Shown here: piece after piece, positions 1 to 10,069 of the stretch
How the letters are laid out: each line of letters starts with the position of its first letter
Position numbering within the stretch: the stretch's first letter is position 1
From: a virus
Taxonomy: Duplodnaviria > Heunggongvirae > Uroviricota > Caudoviricetes
Reading direction: 5' to 3' (one strand)
Length of the DNA stretch: 64,000 bases
IMG/VR virus record: IMGVR_UViG_3300029286_001043
Location: 28,228-92,227 of that record
Notes under the pieces: model-generated
Databases searched by the model: none
What the model was told of the DNA's origin: nothing
What the model saw: the letters and a program-made list of their open reading frames with translations, nothing else
Made by a program: the position numbers and the translations under genes

Positions 1-361
1 TTAAAGTATCGGTCAATGCAGTCTTGACATCGTTGATTGAATTGACTGTGAATGTACCGACTTCTTCATTCAACATTTGAGACAAATCTATTTTGTTCAA
101 TCCTTCGATCTGCAATACATTCTGATTAAATTCAGCATAGTCTTCTTTATTAATCCCAATCTTTAGAGAATTCTCGAAGGCTACTTCGTAGAGATCCCCT
201 TGATCTAATATCTTTATTCCCCATTCTTTCTTAACCTTGCTTAGTGCTGCTATTGCATTACGTACAGTAGTAAAACCGCCAGGAATATAGGAAATGTTTG
301 CTGAAGTAGTATCTTCATTCAGAACTCTTACTAATTTAGAAACAAATTCGCTTAGGTTCAT
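1..361 (-). CDS. hypothetical protein, 3' end truncated by window edge (N-terminus MNLSEFVSKLVRVLNEDTT...)
   Basis: Hand translation of the minus strand gives an open frame from ATG at 359-361 to position 2 with no stop. The ATG overlaps the TGA of the upstream gene (ATGA coupling). Not in the ORF track because it is incomplete. Confidence 0.45.
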   Translation of the reverse strand, partial: MNLSEFVSKLVRVLNEDTTSANISYIPGGFTTVRNAIAALSKVKKEWGIKILDQGDLYEVAFENSLKIGINKEDYAEFNQNVLQIEGLNKIDLSQMLNEEVGTFTVNSINDVKTALTDTL

Positions 362-1095
362 TCCTGTTCCTCTTCCTTTGGCTCTTCTACTTCAGGTTCT
401 TGTTCTATTTGACTCTTTCCTCGGGTATATGTATTTGCCTGTTCTTTTTCCTTTTTAGCTAAAGCCCCTGCTGCCTTCTTGACCGCCCCTACTTCTTTAT
501 TACTCATTGCTTCAGCTGCCTTGATTTCTTTACTATAGAAATCTCTTAAATACCCAGCAAAATCGCTAGTATATGCCGGTAATACTTTCCATACTGACTG
601 ACCGTGCTTGCACATTGCTCCATATTCTTTAGGATTGTTTCTCTTCGGCGGTCTGTTCTCAGGATTACCGAATTTAGCTTTACGCTGAGTACGAATATAC
701 TCAGATCCAGAGAAGGTGTCCGCCATACAGTCACAATCCTCTTCCATATCTACTCGGTTCAGTACTTCGGCCGCTAACAACTTATAATTTACACGACTTC
801 CATCTTCAAGCCAAATACTTCTATCTCTAACTGCCTTATTAATTACATCTACTATATTTTTAAATGCTACATACACATCATAATCGGCGCCAGGAGTTGT
901 ACCTGAAGCTACAGAAAATCTCCATACCCCAGGTTTCTTTTCTTTCAATCTAATCCCGCCATTTGCTGAAATATCTCTAATTCGTTGAGCAAACTTATCA
1001 GGATTGTACAAACGAGTAACTGAACGTTGTTTGTTTGCAATCTGACCAAACGTAACCTCATTTAATATATGACTAGCAAATTCAGTTATACTCAT
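358..1095 (-). CDS. hypothetical protein in head-gene neighbourhood; acidic Glu/Pro/Lys-rich C-terminal tail
   Basis: 245-aa ORF, same strand, translationally coupled to neighbours. No recognisable family motif. Confidence 0.5.
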   Translation of the reverse strand: MSITEFASHILNEVTFGQIANKQRSVTRLYNPDKFAQRIRDISANGGIRLKEKKPGVWRFSVASGTTPGADYDVYVAFKNIVDVINKAVRDRSIWLEDGSRVNYKLLAAEVLNRVDMEEDCDCMADTFSGSEYIRTQRKAKFGNPENRPPKRNNPKEYGAMCKHGQSVWKVLPAYTSDFAGYLRDFYSKEIKAAEAMSNKEVGAVKKAAGALAKKEKEQANTYTRGKSQIEQEPEVEEPKEEEQE

Positions 1096-1794
1096 TTATA
1101 TTCGGCTCGCTAAAGCAACCCAGCGCCCTTCATTCATCAGCTGTTCTTGAAGATCTTTCATTTCTTCCCGGCCTTCATTATATAAAGTCTGCCCATCATT
1201 GTTTACTCCTATTGCGCTAGACTTCCTTAAAGCATTCCCCTCGGCCTGTTTTACTAATGCCTTTACATATTCTAATATCCATCGTAAAGGTGCTTCATCT
1301 ATAATTTCATCCGTTTCGGTTGCAAGACTAAATCTTCTAGTCCCCAACACATAAATCTTTTGGATATTGCTTGCTTGATTAGAGAGATAAATATTTCCTC
1401 CTACGGTCGGGTCATTCGATCTTTCAAAATGCCATTTAAATCCAGAGGAAATATATCCCTTATAATTCTTAAAGGCTTCAGTCATCATAATCAAATCATT
1501 GTTCACGCCATCTAATATCGAAATACCTAATAGAGACCACTGTGGATAGTTCTGAGTTATCCATTCTTCTGGAGGCGAAGGCAGAACTTTGACCACTGTT
1601 TTAATATTTGCACTTACTTGTATTCGGGTTAATTCAGAAGTAATAGAAATCATTTCGGCATACTTGAATGCCGAGTGAGTATTCAGATAACGAACAGCAT
1701 TATCAATAAACTGGGAGATAGTCTCTTGCCCAGTAATTAATTGTATAGGTTTGAATTCACTTTGTACCCAATTTATTATATCAGTTCTAATCAT
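1096..1794 (-). CDS. hypothetical protein (possible virion/head-associated)
   Basis: 232-aa ORF abutting the next gene (stop/start adjacent). No motif recognised. Confidence 0.5.
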   Translation of the reverse strand: MIRTDIINWVQSEFKPIQLITGQETISQFIDNAVRYLNTHSAFKYAEMISITSELTRIQVSANIKTVVKVLPSPPEEWITQNYPQWSLLGISILDGVNNDLIMMTEAFKNYKGYISSGFKWHFERSNDPTVGGNIYLSNQASNIQKIYVLGTRRFSLATETDEIIDEAPLRWILEYVKALVKQAEGNALRKSSAIGVNNDGQTLYNEGREEMKDLQEQLMNEGRWVALASRI

Positions 1795-1968
1795 TCTCGT
1801 CCTTCTATAGTGTAGAGAGGATCTATTTATCTAATGACTTCAAATAATCTAGTGCTTCACGACCACTTAAAATTCTATTCAACGGCAGCGGATTAGTGTC
1901 CGCCTTCTTCTCTTCTTTCTTTACTTCTACTTCAGGTTTCGGATTTGCTATTCTCTTTTTCAGTCTCA

Positions 1969-2011
1969 TAATTTAAAACTCCAGGAACGGGGGATCGAAG
2001 GCCCCCGTTCC
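1969..2011 (-). terminator. Rho-independent terminator after the MCP/HEG unit
   Basis: GC-rich hairpin GGAACGGGGG(1984-1993)/CCCCCGTTCC(2002-2011), followed on the minus-strand RNA by UGGAGUUUUAAAUU. Confidence 0.5.
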
Positions 2012-2024
2012 ATAGAGTAATTTG

Positions 2025-3041
2025 TTAACTTAAACCAGAAATCGTTCCATGACAGAACGCGCCTGGATTAATTACCTTGTACGCAGCAGAAGAAAGAAAT
2101 CCCTTCTGAGCCTTCAAGTCTGTAGCAGTAATCAGCGTAGGTGTAGTGAACAGAGGAATATCATTTTTGTTACCATCACGAATGATGGGCTTAGTGATTT
2201 CTAGTTCTCCTAAGCTCCTAATATCGCTACTAGGATCAGACTGTACCATATTCTCTTTCGAGATTTGTCGATTACAGTCGTTGAACCTCTTGTCATTATG
2301 AAAATTAACAATCTTTGTTAACAAACTAACTCTATTAGAATCTACTAATTCGGATTCCCAAATAATAAGTAAATCATATCCGTGATCTTTAAAAAATTTT
2401 ATTCGATCAAATTCAGACATAATATTTGGAAATTTATTAGCATCATGCCAATAGTCGCCGAACATATCAATCATTTTGTTATTATTAATTGATATAATAT
2501 CCGGATGTCTATTACCGACTAACTTTCCGCCTTTCGGATAATTTAATTGATAACAGCCAGGTAAAATTGATTCCAAAATATTAATAAGATAAACTTCTTT
2601 ATCATTAGGGAAAGTCTTAGATGCCCGAATTACATTAGTAATACGGGTAGTATTTTTAGCAAGCTTGCTTTTAATCTTAGCACGTACTTCCGGCCTTTTA
2701 GCTGGATTCTTATCCCCAATCATCCTAAGAGGTGTATGTTCTGCACAATAAGTTGAATCACTATATGTTCTTATTTTGCAAACTGGACAATACTGCCAAG
2801 TATCTTTATACTCTTTCCCATCCCTATGTAATATCATATTTGTTATCATTTCTAAAGAATGTTTCTTACCATAAAATGGATTATTTTCACCTGTTAATTT
2901 GTTAACTCGATCATCTGATGTAAATTTAGTTATTCCATATAATTTAGTAGCTTCATCTTCAGTTATTTTATGTTTTCTTAACAAATGTATCTGCAAGAAA
3001 TCATATCTACTATCGCATATAGGACAACTTAATTTACCCAT
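2025..3041 (-). CDS. homing endonuclease-like protein (NUMOD3-like repeats + Vsr/DUF559-like PD-(D/E)xK nuclease domain) with C-terminal 44 aa duplicating the MCP C-terminus
   Basis: Motifs ENNPFYGKKHS and GDKNPAKRPEVRAKIKSKLAK (NUMOD3-like). HPDIISIN...MFGDYWHD...LLIIWESEL matches the PDF / IEVDGxxH / VLRFWE pattern of Vsr/DUF559 nucleases. The last 44 aa (IPLFTTPTLITATDLKAQKGFLSSAAYKVINPGAFCHGTISGLS) are 43/44 identical to the C-terminus of ORF 3183..4502. Confidence 0.7.
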   Translation of the reverse strand: MGKLSCPICDSRYDFLQIHLLRKHKITEDEATKLYGITKFTSDDRVNKLTGENNPFYGKKHSLEMITNMILHRDGKEYKDTWQYCPVCKIRTYSDSTYCAEHTPLRMIGDKNPAKRPEVRAKIKSKLAKNTTRITNVIRASKTFPNDKEVYLINILESILPGCYQLNYPKGGKLVGNRHPDIISINNNKMIDMFGDYWHDANKFPNIMSEFDRIKFFKDHGYDLLIIWESELVDSNRVSLLTKIVNFHNDKRFNDCNRQISKENMVQSDPSSDIRSLGELEITKPIIRDGNKNDIPLFTTPTLITATDLKAQKGFLSSAAYKVINPGAFCHGTISGLS

Positions 3042-3182
3042 TCATAACTCCAATTTGGCTGCTGATTGACCGCACTAAAACATTTTTACTATTTCTAGTA
3101 GTTTTAGATACTCGGTTATTCCAGCAAGTTTCGACATTTTCTATATAAATTTCTTTATATAGCCGCATATATATCCCTTCCT

Positions 3183-4502
3183 TTAGGATAATCCGCTTAT
3201 TGTTCCATGGCAAAACGCGCCTGGATTTATTACTTTATACGCTGCTGAACTTAAAAAACCCTTTTGGGCTTTAAGATCTGTAGCAGTAATTAAAGTACTT
3301 GTAGTAAAAAGTGGAATATACGGGCAGAATGCAAATGCGCCTTGAATAAAACTGTCACCTTTCCATCCAAAGATTATTTCAGCTGCAGATAAGAACGGAT
3401 CATGAACAACAACGCGACCGTCCAGTGTACCTAAAACATAAGGACCTGTAGGTGTAATACCGTCAAGACCGGGAGCGGCTTTAAAGTTCGGAGCCAACTG
3501 ACGAATAAGTCTTGATGTATCGTTACCGGCAATAATCCAAGAACATTGCATCCTTAATGTCTTAGCTAAGATGTTAACGTTTGCTTTTTCAACGAAATCA
3601 AGGAACTGATATTTCTTCCAAATCCATTCTGCGCCAGTAGCAACAGTAGCGGAGAAATCGCCTGGAGTAGTAGCACAGCCAGTACCAGTTGAAGCATCGT
3701 TGATCAAGTCGATACCTAAGTGGTCCATCGTAACACGAACTTCTCCACCTAAATATTTTACTACTTCGTCTTCAAGAGAAAGACCATGAGCCTTCTGAAG
3801 ATCAAATGCAGCAGCTAAGCTGTATTGAGCCATCAGAGGGAAATCCTCGGCAGTTACTGTCTCATAAGTTAAGTCGAAATTAACTGAAGGAACAGCAGCT
3901 GAGGTCTTTGTTTCGTAGTTGTATTTGTATGTTGCGCTACCAGATGTGATCGCGAGGTCATTTGTAATTTCAATTGCACCAGTTGTATAGTTGATTGTAC
4001 CAGCTTCAAGTAAAGAAGCATCGTCAGCAACCAATACATTCGCGCCATTATCTGTATATGTACGAGTACCACCTGCATCTACAATGGTAATAACTGCAGA
4101 ACCGGCAATTACAGGAATATAAGCTAATGTACCAGTTTTAATGTTCGCAGCTTGTCCGACTTTAGTTGTCAAAACAACAACTTCGTCCTGAACTCTCGTA
4201 GAAGCATACCTACGACCAGCCCTTGTTGTATTATGGCCAGTTTTTGCAGCCATCATATTTGAATCTGCAGCAATTGCGCCTTTAGCCTGACCATACTTCA
4301 CGTCAAGATAAAAAACTCCGCCAGATCGGCGGTCTAAAGCCTGAACAATCGCCAACTCGTTTAATACTGTGCTAGGAATAAGAGCAGCTATAATAGGTAA
4401 CTGTCGTTCTGTAATCTCTTCTTTAGAAGAGTGTCGGACTATATCATCATCCTCAAAATATTTACTAATTCTATTTTGGGAGCTGGGCGCTATTTGAAAC
4501 AT
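3183..4502 (-). CDS. gp23: major capsid protein, T4 gp23-like (HK97 fold)
   Basis: 439-aa ORF in the head module downstream of the prohead protease gene. Composition and length are typical of T4-type MCPs. The conserved C-terminal tail is duplicated in the adjacent HEG. Confidence 0.75.
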   Translation of the reverse strand: MFQIAPSSQNRISKYFEDDDIVRHSSKEEITERQLPIIAALIPSTVLNELAIVQALDRRSGGVFYLDVKYGQAKGAIAADSNMMAAKTGHNTTRAGRRYASTRVQDEVVVLTTKVGQAANIKTGTLAYIPVIAGSAVITIVDAGGTRTYTDNGANVLVADDASLLEAGTINYTTGAIEITNDLAITSGSATYKYNYETKTSAAVPSVNFDLTYETVTAEDFPLMAQYSLAAAFDLQKAHGLSLEDEVVKYLGGEVRVTMDHLGIDLINDASTGTGCATTPGDFSATVATGAEWIWKKYQFLDFVEKANVNILAKTLRMQCSWIIAGNDTSRLIRQLAPNFKAAPGLDGITPTGPYVLGTLDGRVVVHDPFLSAAEIIFGWKGDSFIQGAFAFCPYIPLFTTSTLITATDLKAQKGFLSSAAYKVINPGAFCHGTISGLS

Positions 4503-5448
4503 TATTAGACCTTTCGTCTTCAGTTTCTAGTCTCTGCACCTTACAATTACTTAATTTATTGTCCATATTATCTTGTAATTCAGACAATAGAAAGGGTAAC
4601 TGTCTTGGCTCAGGATTACCATAAAAATAATTAAAAATATCTTTAGTATATAAACCATACATTAATCCATTAACCTTGCAATAATCTCTAAGAGCATTTA
4701 ATTTCGTTATCGTTAACTTATCATTTAATAAATGTGAACCTTTTATTTCAATTATTGCAATAGTTTCATTATTCACATTTAAAATTTTAAAATCTGGATA
4801 AGTATTATGCCCGTCATATGGAATAGCAAGTTTACTGCGCTGAACTATTAATAGAGAACCTATTCGGCGTTTAAATCCATGCAAAAATTCAAGTTCTAAT
4901 CCAGAACCGTAGAATACATTATCAAAATATCCACGTTTAACCTTTCCATAAAGTGATAATGAACTTCTAAAATCAATACCTTCTTGTGATGAATTCCATT
5001 CGTTCATCTTTATGGCAGTTCTATCATGATATTCCGGATCTGACCAAATCTTTGTCATTGATTTAGACATTTTTTCTCGTTTTAATATTGCCTTTTCTAT
5101 TCCCATTTGCTCTTCATAAGATCGAGAACTCTTTTCACTTAATTGTTTTCTAATTTGCAAGGCCTTCTGGATACCGTATTGCTGTTCAAAAGTTTTACAG
5201 CGTCTTTTATCGCCAGACACTTTCCCACCAATCTTAGTAAATCCCGTTTCCATTACTGTTTTAATAAGACCGGCTCGTTGTTTAGCTATCTTCTTATTAG
5301 CGTGTTCTTCACCATATCTTTCAATATATGATACCCCAGCTAATAAATGATTCTGATAACTAATATGACAAGACCGACTACAAAACTCGCGTTTCGACGG
5401 TATTTCCTTTGAACATTGTCTACAAATATTTTTAACTTTATTTTCCAT
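4471..5448 (-). CDS. homing endonuclease-like protein (Zn finger, NUMOD-like repeats, PD-(D/E)xK domain)
   Basis: N-terminal CxxC...CxxxC. Repeats YGEEHANKKIAKQRAGLIKTV and YGIQKALQIRKQL. C-terminal YPDFKILNVNNETIAIIEIKGSHLL is a PD-(D/E)xK core. Overlaps the MCP start by 32 nt. Confidence 0.6.
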   Translation of the reverse strand: MENKVKNICRQCSKEIPSKREFCSRSCHISYQNHLLAGVSYIERYGEEHANKKIAKQRAGLIKTVMETGFTKIGGKVSGDKRRCKTFEQQYGIQKALQIRKQLSEKSSRSYEEQMGIEKAILKREKMSKSMTKIWSDPEYHDRTAIKMNEWNSSQEGIDFRSSLSLYGKVKRGYFDNVFYGSGLELEFLHGFKRRIGSLLIVQRSKLAIPYDGHNTYPDFKILNVNNETIAIIEIKGSHLLNDKLTITKLNALRDYCKVNGLMYGLYTKDIFNYFYGNPEPRQLPFLLSELQDNMDNKLSNCKVQRLETEDERSNNVSNSAQLPK

Positions 5449-5507
5449 TAGGCTTCCCTGAATTCACCCAGTTATTAAAATTGGATTACTCCAATTTGGG
5501 ACACAGT

Positions 5508-5768
5508 TTAATTACGCATCCCTAAGAAGTCGATGTTACTAGAATCAGTAGTTTCAAAAAGTTTCGAAACCCTTGATTTACCAGCATTTAACAGAGCGTT
5601 TTCTGCGCAACGAGATATGTTGTGCTTCATATTCTCTGTTAACTCTTTTCCTTGTTTCTTCATATAACCTTCAGCAGCTTTGATAATCGGTGCCCATGCT
5701 TCAGACAACGCGGTTCTCTCTGCATTCTGAGCGGCCATACGCGATTCTAATAATTCGTTGATCTTCAT
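5508..5768 (-). CDS. hypothetical small protein
   Basis: 86-aa ORF on the gene strand between the protease-scaffold gene and the HEG. Confidence 0.4.
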   Translation of the reverse strand: MKINELLESRMAAQNAERTALSEAWAPIIKAAEGYMKKQGKELTENMKHNISRCAENALLNAGKSRVSKLFETTDSSNIDFLGMRN

Positions 5769-5791
5769 TTAAATAATTCTCCTTTAATTTG

Positions 5792-8700
5792 TTATTGCCC
5801 CATTGCTCTAAAAGCGGAAGCAATTTGTTTAGATATTACTGATTCTTCAATCGGCTCGCCAACATTGATCTCGGTCACAGGATTAAAGTGTAATCCATTT
5901 CCTCTAATCATGTCTTGAACCATTTCAATAAGTTTATCTACTTCCGATACTGACTTACATGATTCGAAAAGTGTTCGAACATTGTCAGGAAGCTTCAAAC
6001 CCATTGTTTTGACCTTTGTTTCGGTATATGTCTTAACGAGCCCCATAGCGTGGGACTCTTTAAGCAATCTAATTTGCTTCTCATTTGATTCTTTAAGCTG
6101 CTTTATTTGATCTTCGATATTCTTCAATTGTTTTTCTAATTTAGATTTTATTTCTTCGGCTTTTGCTAATGCAGAAGATTTATCACCTAATTTTTCATTC
6201 AATTCTTTTATTGTCTTCTTCGATTCTTCTAATTCCCCATGCTCTTTATGAAAATTAGCAGAAACTTTCACCAATTCCGCTGTTTTTGCATCCAAATGGG
6301 CAGATACGTCTCTTAGCTTAGAAGACAAATCTGAAACATCATGCGTATAATTTGCGGATACTTCGTTAACTCTCTTCTCTAATACAGTACCTAATTCAAT
6401 TGCCTTATCCCGTTCGGCAATTAGGATTGCTTCAGAAACTTTTGTTTTAGACTCATTATTAAAACCGACCCTTAATAATTCTTTAAAAAATGCGGGGTTT
6501 TCTTTCATAATTCTCTGCATTTCTTCTTTATCTTTTTTATCTGATTCCTCATTCGCTTCCTTAGCCTCTACCGTAGTATTAACCGTCTTGATCTCGCCCT
6601 TACCGTCTTCCCTCTTCTCTTTGTACTCTTCGGCCTTCTTGTCTTTAATATCCTGTTTGTCGATAATATCTTGCTTGACAGTTTCAGGTGTTGTAATTGC
6701 CGCTTCATTCTTCTTTTCATTCATATAAGTCTCGGCTCTCTTTAACGATTCTTTATATTCCCAAACCATTGTTGAACACTCTATAATTTTTTCTTGCCGT
6801 AAATCAATAACTATATCTATCTTTTTGCCCATTTTCTTTTCTAAACTGTCAGTTATTTCAGATATTTGTCCTTGATAATCGGTAGTAAATACATTAGAAT
6901 CTATTGCAACAAAAACATAATTTTCAGGCATAAATATAATATACCCGCCTATTAAATACTTATCCTCTTTTTTATATCCTAATTCAATTAAATCCTTTTT
7001 GCCATCATAATATTCTAATTTAGCAGAGCCAGTATTATATACCCAAGTGCCAATAGGTAAAGCTCCACGTTGTACAATAGACCAGGACCTAGATAAAACG
7101 GTTTGTTTTTTCTGTTCATCAGTTAAGTCTTTAAAGTCTTCAGTTAATCCTACTATTTTAATATATGCTTGATTTAAAATCAGACTCTCACCTATCTTCA
7201 TGATCTCAGCTTCCAATCCACGTCTCTGAATTTCTTTCATCAGTGCATCGACTTCCTTGTTTAATTCTTGATGATCGTCAGAAGCCATTGATTTATACCT
7301 AGTTAATATCTCTTCATTGGACAATTTGGAAAGATCTGCAGATTCAGTAATATCCTTTTTCTCTCCCGGCCCGCCAAATTCATTCTCTAATTCAGCTTCA
7401 GTTTTATCCACCAATTTCTTAAATTCAGCAGGACTGATTCCCCTCTTATCCGCATATTTCTTGGCCAATTCCGGATCGTCTGAACCTGAATTAATATAGT
7501 CAAGAATATCAGCCGGAACTTTCTTACCTTCCACCACCTTCGATTCCTTCATCAATGAATCAGGATAATGTTTAGACATTTTATTTTTGTTATTGGCCCA
7601 GAATAAATCGGCTTGTTTACTATACTTGCCCTTCCACCAATTTGCAGCAGCAACATTCGCCTTATCTTCTGGCCATCCTAATTGAGATTGACATTCAGCA
7701 GATACTGAACCGAAATTATTACCGCCGACTCTACCTGCTATAACACTTATTTGCCAAGCTTCTTTATCGGTCAAAACTAAACTCGCCTCTTCTACCTTGG
7801 CTTCAGTTACTACCATAAAATCCTGAGCCGAATCGTCTGAATCTAATTCAACTATAACCTTATTACCGTCCGCTTTCATATGAATAATATGCTTATTGCG
7901 TAATTCCTTAAACGTAGTCTCATTTGTTTTAGCTTCATTCGACACCTTAGCTCCTATCCACTTTACCTTATTAGATTTGCAAGCCGGACAAATCATTCGA
8001 TCGTTTTGATCTACTGAAACTGCAAATATATCTCCATTCCATCCACAGTCAGGACAGAACATTTTGCAGCTTTCGTCTAACGATTCTTTCAATTCTTCTC
8101 TAGTTCGAGCAATAACCTTAGGCAATAACTCCTTCAGCAATAAAACATTGTTCTCAGGATATTTCTCCCCTATTACTTTAACTATCTCTTCATCAGTATT
8201 GCCATCTATCACCATGTCCTTTACGACCGCTTCAATATCGTCGTAAATACCTTCGTCTAACTCCTTTAATTCATCCTTTAAATCTTTGGTAATGGTTTTG
8301 ATCTTCTCAGTATCATTGTTAATCTTTTGAATATCATCTTTAATGGCCTCATCGACAATTGCAGCATCACAGCATGAACTCTTGTCATCGCCTTGAGTTA
8401 CTCGAGCCCCACATTTAGAACAGACTTTGCCATGGGCGATCTTGTTGTCGTCGTTCTGATAGTCTTCTTTTACTTCAATTTTATTCTTTAATTTCCATAA
8501 TTCACCCGATTCTAATTTAGAAATCTGACCATCGTTTTCAGCCTTTTCTATTTCATCCTCAATTACTGATAATGCCGGTCTATTTATATAATTAGGATTG
8601 GTAATCATATCTACTAATTCATCGTATCTTCTGCTTTCTTTTACTTCGACTTCGTTAGCATGCTCACATCCGCCACTACACTTCTTTTCCCCTAACTTAC

Positions 8701-9379
8701 ATTTACACTCTTTATGCTGCTTGTCTATAGAAATATCTTCTTTCAGCTTGAGTGCCTTCTTCGATCCGGCCTTTTCTAATAAAGCAATAGCAACATTTTT
8801 ATTTATAGCATGAGATTCATAATTAGTCCGTACCGCTTTAACAATATCTTCAGGTTCAGTTTTAGAACAACTAGGATCCCCAGTGTGATCAACTGTAATA
8901 AATTTATATGAATCAGGTATTACTCGACTATACTTCTCGCCCGATTCATCAACTTCTTCTGATAATTCACCATCGGCCCTAGTACTTGCTGGAACTTTTA
9001 CGCCTGCTTCATGTAAAATCCAAATGAACTTTCCAGAATCTGTAGGAAGTATATCAAAATCAGCTTTAACCTCATTAGTAGATTCATCTATAAACATATT
9101 ACTAATAACATGTGAAGTCCGATCTTTATCTAATTTAATTGAAGATTCGGCTGGATGCTCATGCTCGCCTAATATTTGTCTAGCCTTTAATTTACTTTGA
9201 AATTCGGGATCATTAAGAACATTATCCCAGACTTTCCGTCCATAAATCCGTTTATTAGCATTTTTTTCGTCAATTACACAAATAGTCCGACGAATTCTAG
9301 CCAAAATACCGGATGGCAATTTTTTAGGATCGTTCTCTAAAATTTGTGTTTCATCTAAAATTCGTTCATTTAAATTCAT
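5792..9379 (-). CDS. gp21: giant prohead protease-like protein: N-terminal T4 gp21-like prohead core protease domain fused to ~1000 aa of zinc-ribbon and acidic coiled-coil (scaffold-like) sequence
   Basis: N-terminus NANKRIYGRKVWDNVL...ILGEHEHP parallels T4 gp21 NRNKRLYPKRILEKAV...LGELNHP. Several CxxC zinc ribbons (CPDCGW...CPACK, CSKCGARV). Long Lys/Glu heptad-rich C-terminal region. Continuous 1195-codon ORF. Confidence 0.55.
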   Translation of the reverse strand: MNLNERILDETQILENDPKKLPSGILARIRRTICVIDEKNANKRIYGRKVWDNVLNDPEFQSKLKARQILGEHEHPAESSIKLDKDRTSHVISNMFIDESTNEVKADFDILPTDSGKFIWILHEAGVKVPASTRADGELSEEVDESGEKYSRVIPDSYKFITVDHTGDPSCSKTEPEDIVKAVRTNYESHAINKNVAIALLEKAGSKKALKLKEDISIDKQHKECKCKLGEKKCSGGCEHANEVEVKESRRYDELVDMITNPNYINRPALSVIEDEIEKAENDGQISKLESGELWKLKNKIEVKEDYQNDDNKIAHGKVCSKCGARVTQGDDKSSCCDAAIVDEAIKDDIQKINNDTEKIKTITKDLKDELKELDEGIYDDIEAVVKDMVIDGNTDEEIVKVIGEKYPENNVLLLKELLPKVIARTREELKESLDESCKMFCPDCGWNGDIFAVSVDQNDRMICPACKSNKVKWIGAKVSNEAKTNETTFKELRNKHIIHMKADGNKVIVELDSDDSAQDFMVVTEAKVEEASLVLTDKEAWQISVIAGRVGGNNFGSVSAECQSQLGWPEDKANVAAANWWKGKYSKQADLFWANNKNKMSKHYPDSLMKESKVVEGKKVPADILDYINSGSDDPELAKKYADKRGISPAEFKKLVDKTEAELENEFGGPGEKKDITESADLSKLSNEEILTRYKSMASDDHQELNKEVDALMKEIQRRGLEAEIMKIGESLILNQAYIKIVGLTEDFKDLTDEQKKQTVLSRSWSIVQRGALPIGTWVYNTGSAKLEYYDGKKDLIELGYKKEDKYLIGGYIIFMPENYVFVAIDSNVFTTDYQGQISEITDSLEKKMGKKIDIVIDLRQEKIIECSTMVWEYKESLKRAETYMNEKKNEAAITTPETVKQDIIDKQDIKDKKAEEYKEKREDGKGEIKTVNTTVEAKEANEESDKKDKEEMQRIMKENPAFFKELLRVGFNNESKTKVSEAILIAERDKAIELGTVLEKRVNEVSANYTHDVSDLSSKLRDVSAHLDAKTAELVKVSANFHKEHGELEESKKTIKELNEKLGDKSSALAKAEEIKSKLEKQLKNIEDQIKQLKESNEKQIRLLKESHAMGLVKTYTETKVKTMGLKLPDNVRTLFESCKSVSEVDKLIEMVQDMIRGNGLHFNPVTEINVGEPIEESVISKQIASAFRAMGQ

Positions 9380-10047
9380 GTTTTACTCCCAATTAAATTA
9401 TCTATTTCATCTTCCCAAATAAATATAACTTTATAACCGGCAGTTGTAAATGGTAGAGAATCTATCTTCTCAACTGACCGTTTATTTTCCTCAGTAATTT
9501 CTAAACCATATTTACGTAAATGCCAGTAAATACCGTGAAAAAGAGCAACGGTCTTCAATTCTTCAGAATAAGCATCCGGCGATCGACCATTTATTAAAAA
9601 CGTACAATCACCAGTATATTTAAATTTGTTATTATAAATGGTATTTAAATAATTTAAAGCTTTCCCCTCAAATATATTAGGTCTATAACTAGCTTTAAAA
9701 TATGATTGTTTTAACCATTTTTCAAGTCCGATCTTTTTTATTACCTTTTTCATACTAACAGATTTCTTTGCCTTCGAAATTATCGCCTTTTCTTCGCCAA
9801 ATCTTTTATCAAAAGACATTCCTGTTAGCCGTTTACTTTGTATTTCAGCTAATTCTTGTATTCTTTTATCCGTTTCTTTAGACAAGCCCTTATTCCATGG
9901 ATCATTTGGAAAATTATGTTTATTTGATTTCCGTTTTTTTGGACTTTGATTAAAACATATTATTCCACAAACTTGATTCTTTCGATCTTTAGGATGAACA
10001 TATTTTTTGCCACAGACAATGCATATTCGTTCATCTTTTGTGCTCAT
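9376..10047 (-). CDS. homing endonuclease-like protein (NUMOD3-like + Vsr/DUF559-like nuclease)
   Basis: CxxC...C N-terminus. DPWNKGLSKETDKRIQELAEIQSKRLTG and FGEEKAIISKAKKS repeats. C-terminal RSPDAYS...ALFHGIYWH...YKVIFIWEDEI is the same nuclease pattern as ORFs 2025..3041 and 12061..13026. Confidence 0.65.
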   Translation of the reverse strand: MSTKDERICIVCGKKYVHPKDRKNQVCGIICFNQSPKKRKSNKHNFPNDPWNKGLSKETDKRIQELAEIQSKRLTGMSFDKRFGEEKAIISKAKKSVSMKKVIKKIGLEKWLKQSYFKASYRPNIFEGKALNYLNTIYNNKFKYTGDCTFLINGRSPDAYSEELKTVALFHGIYWHLRKYGLEITEENKRSVEKIDSLPFTTAGYKVIFIWEDEIDNLIGSKT

Positions 10048-10069
10048 TTATGTTCTCCAAATTAGTTAC

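Noticed and set aside
3042-3182. T4-type late promoter (TATAAATA) upstream of the HEG following MCP
   Set aside because: Only an imperfect TATATAAAG on the coding strand and a TATAAATT on the opposite strand. Too degenerate to call without transcript data.
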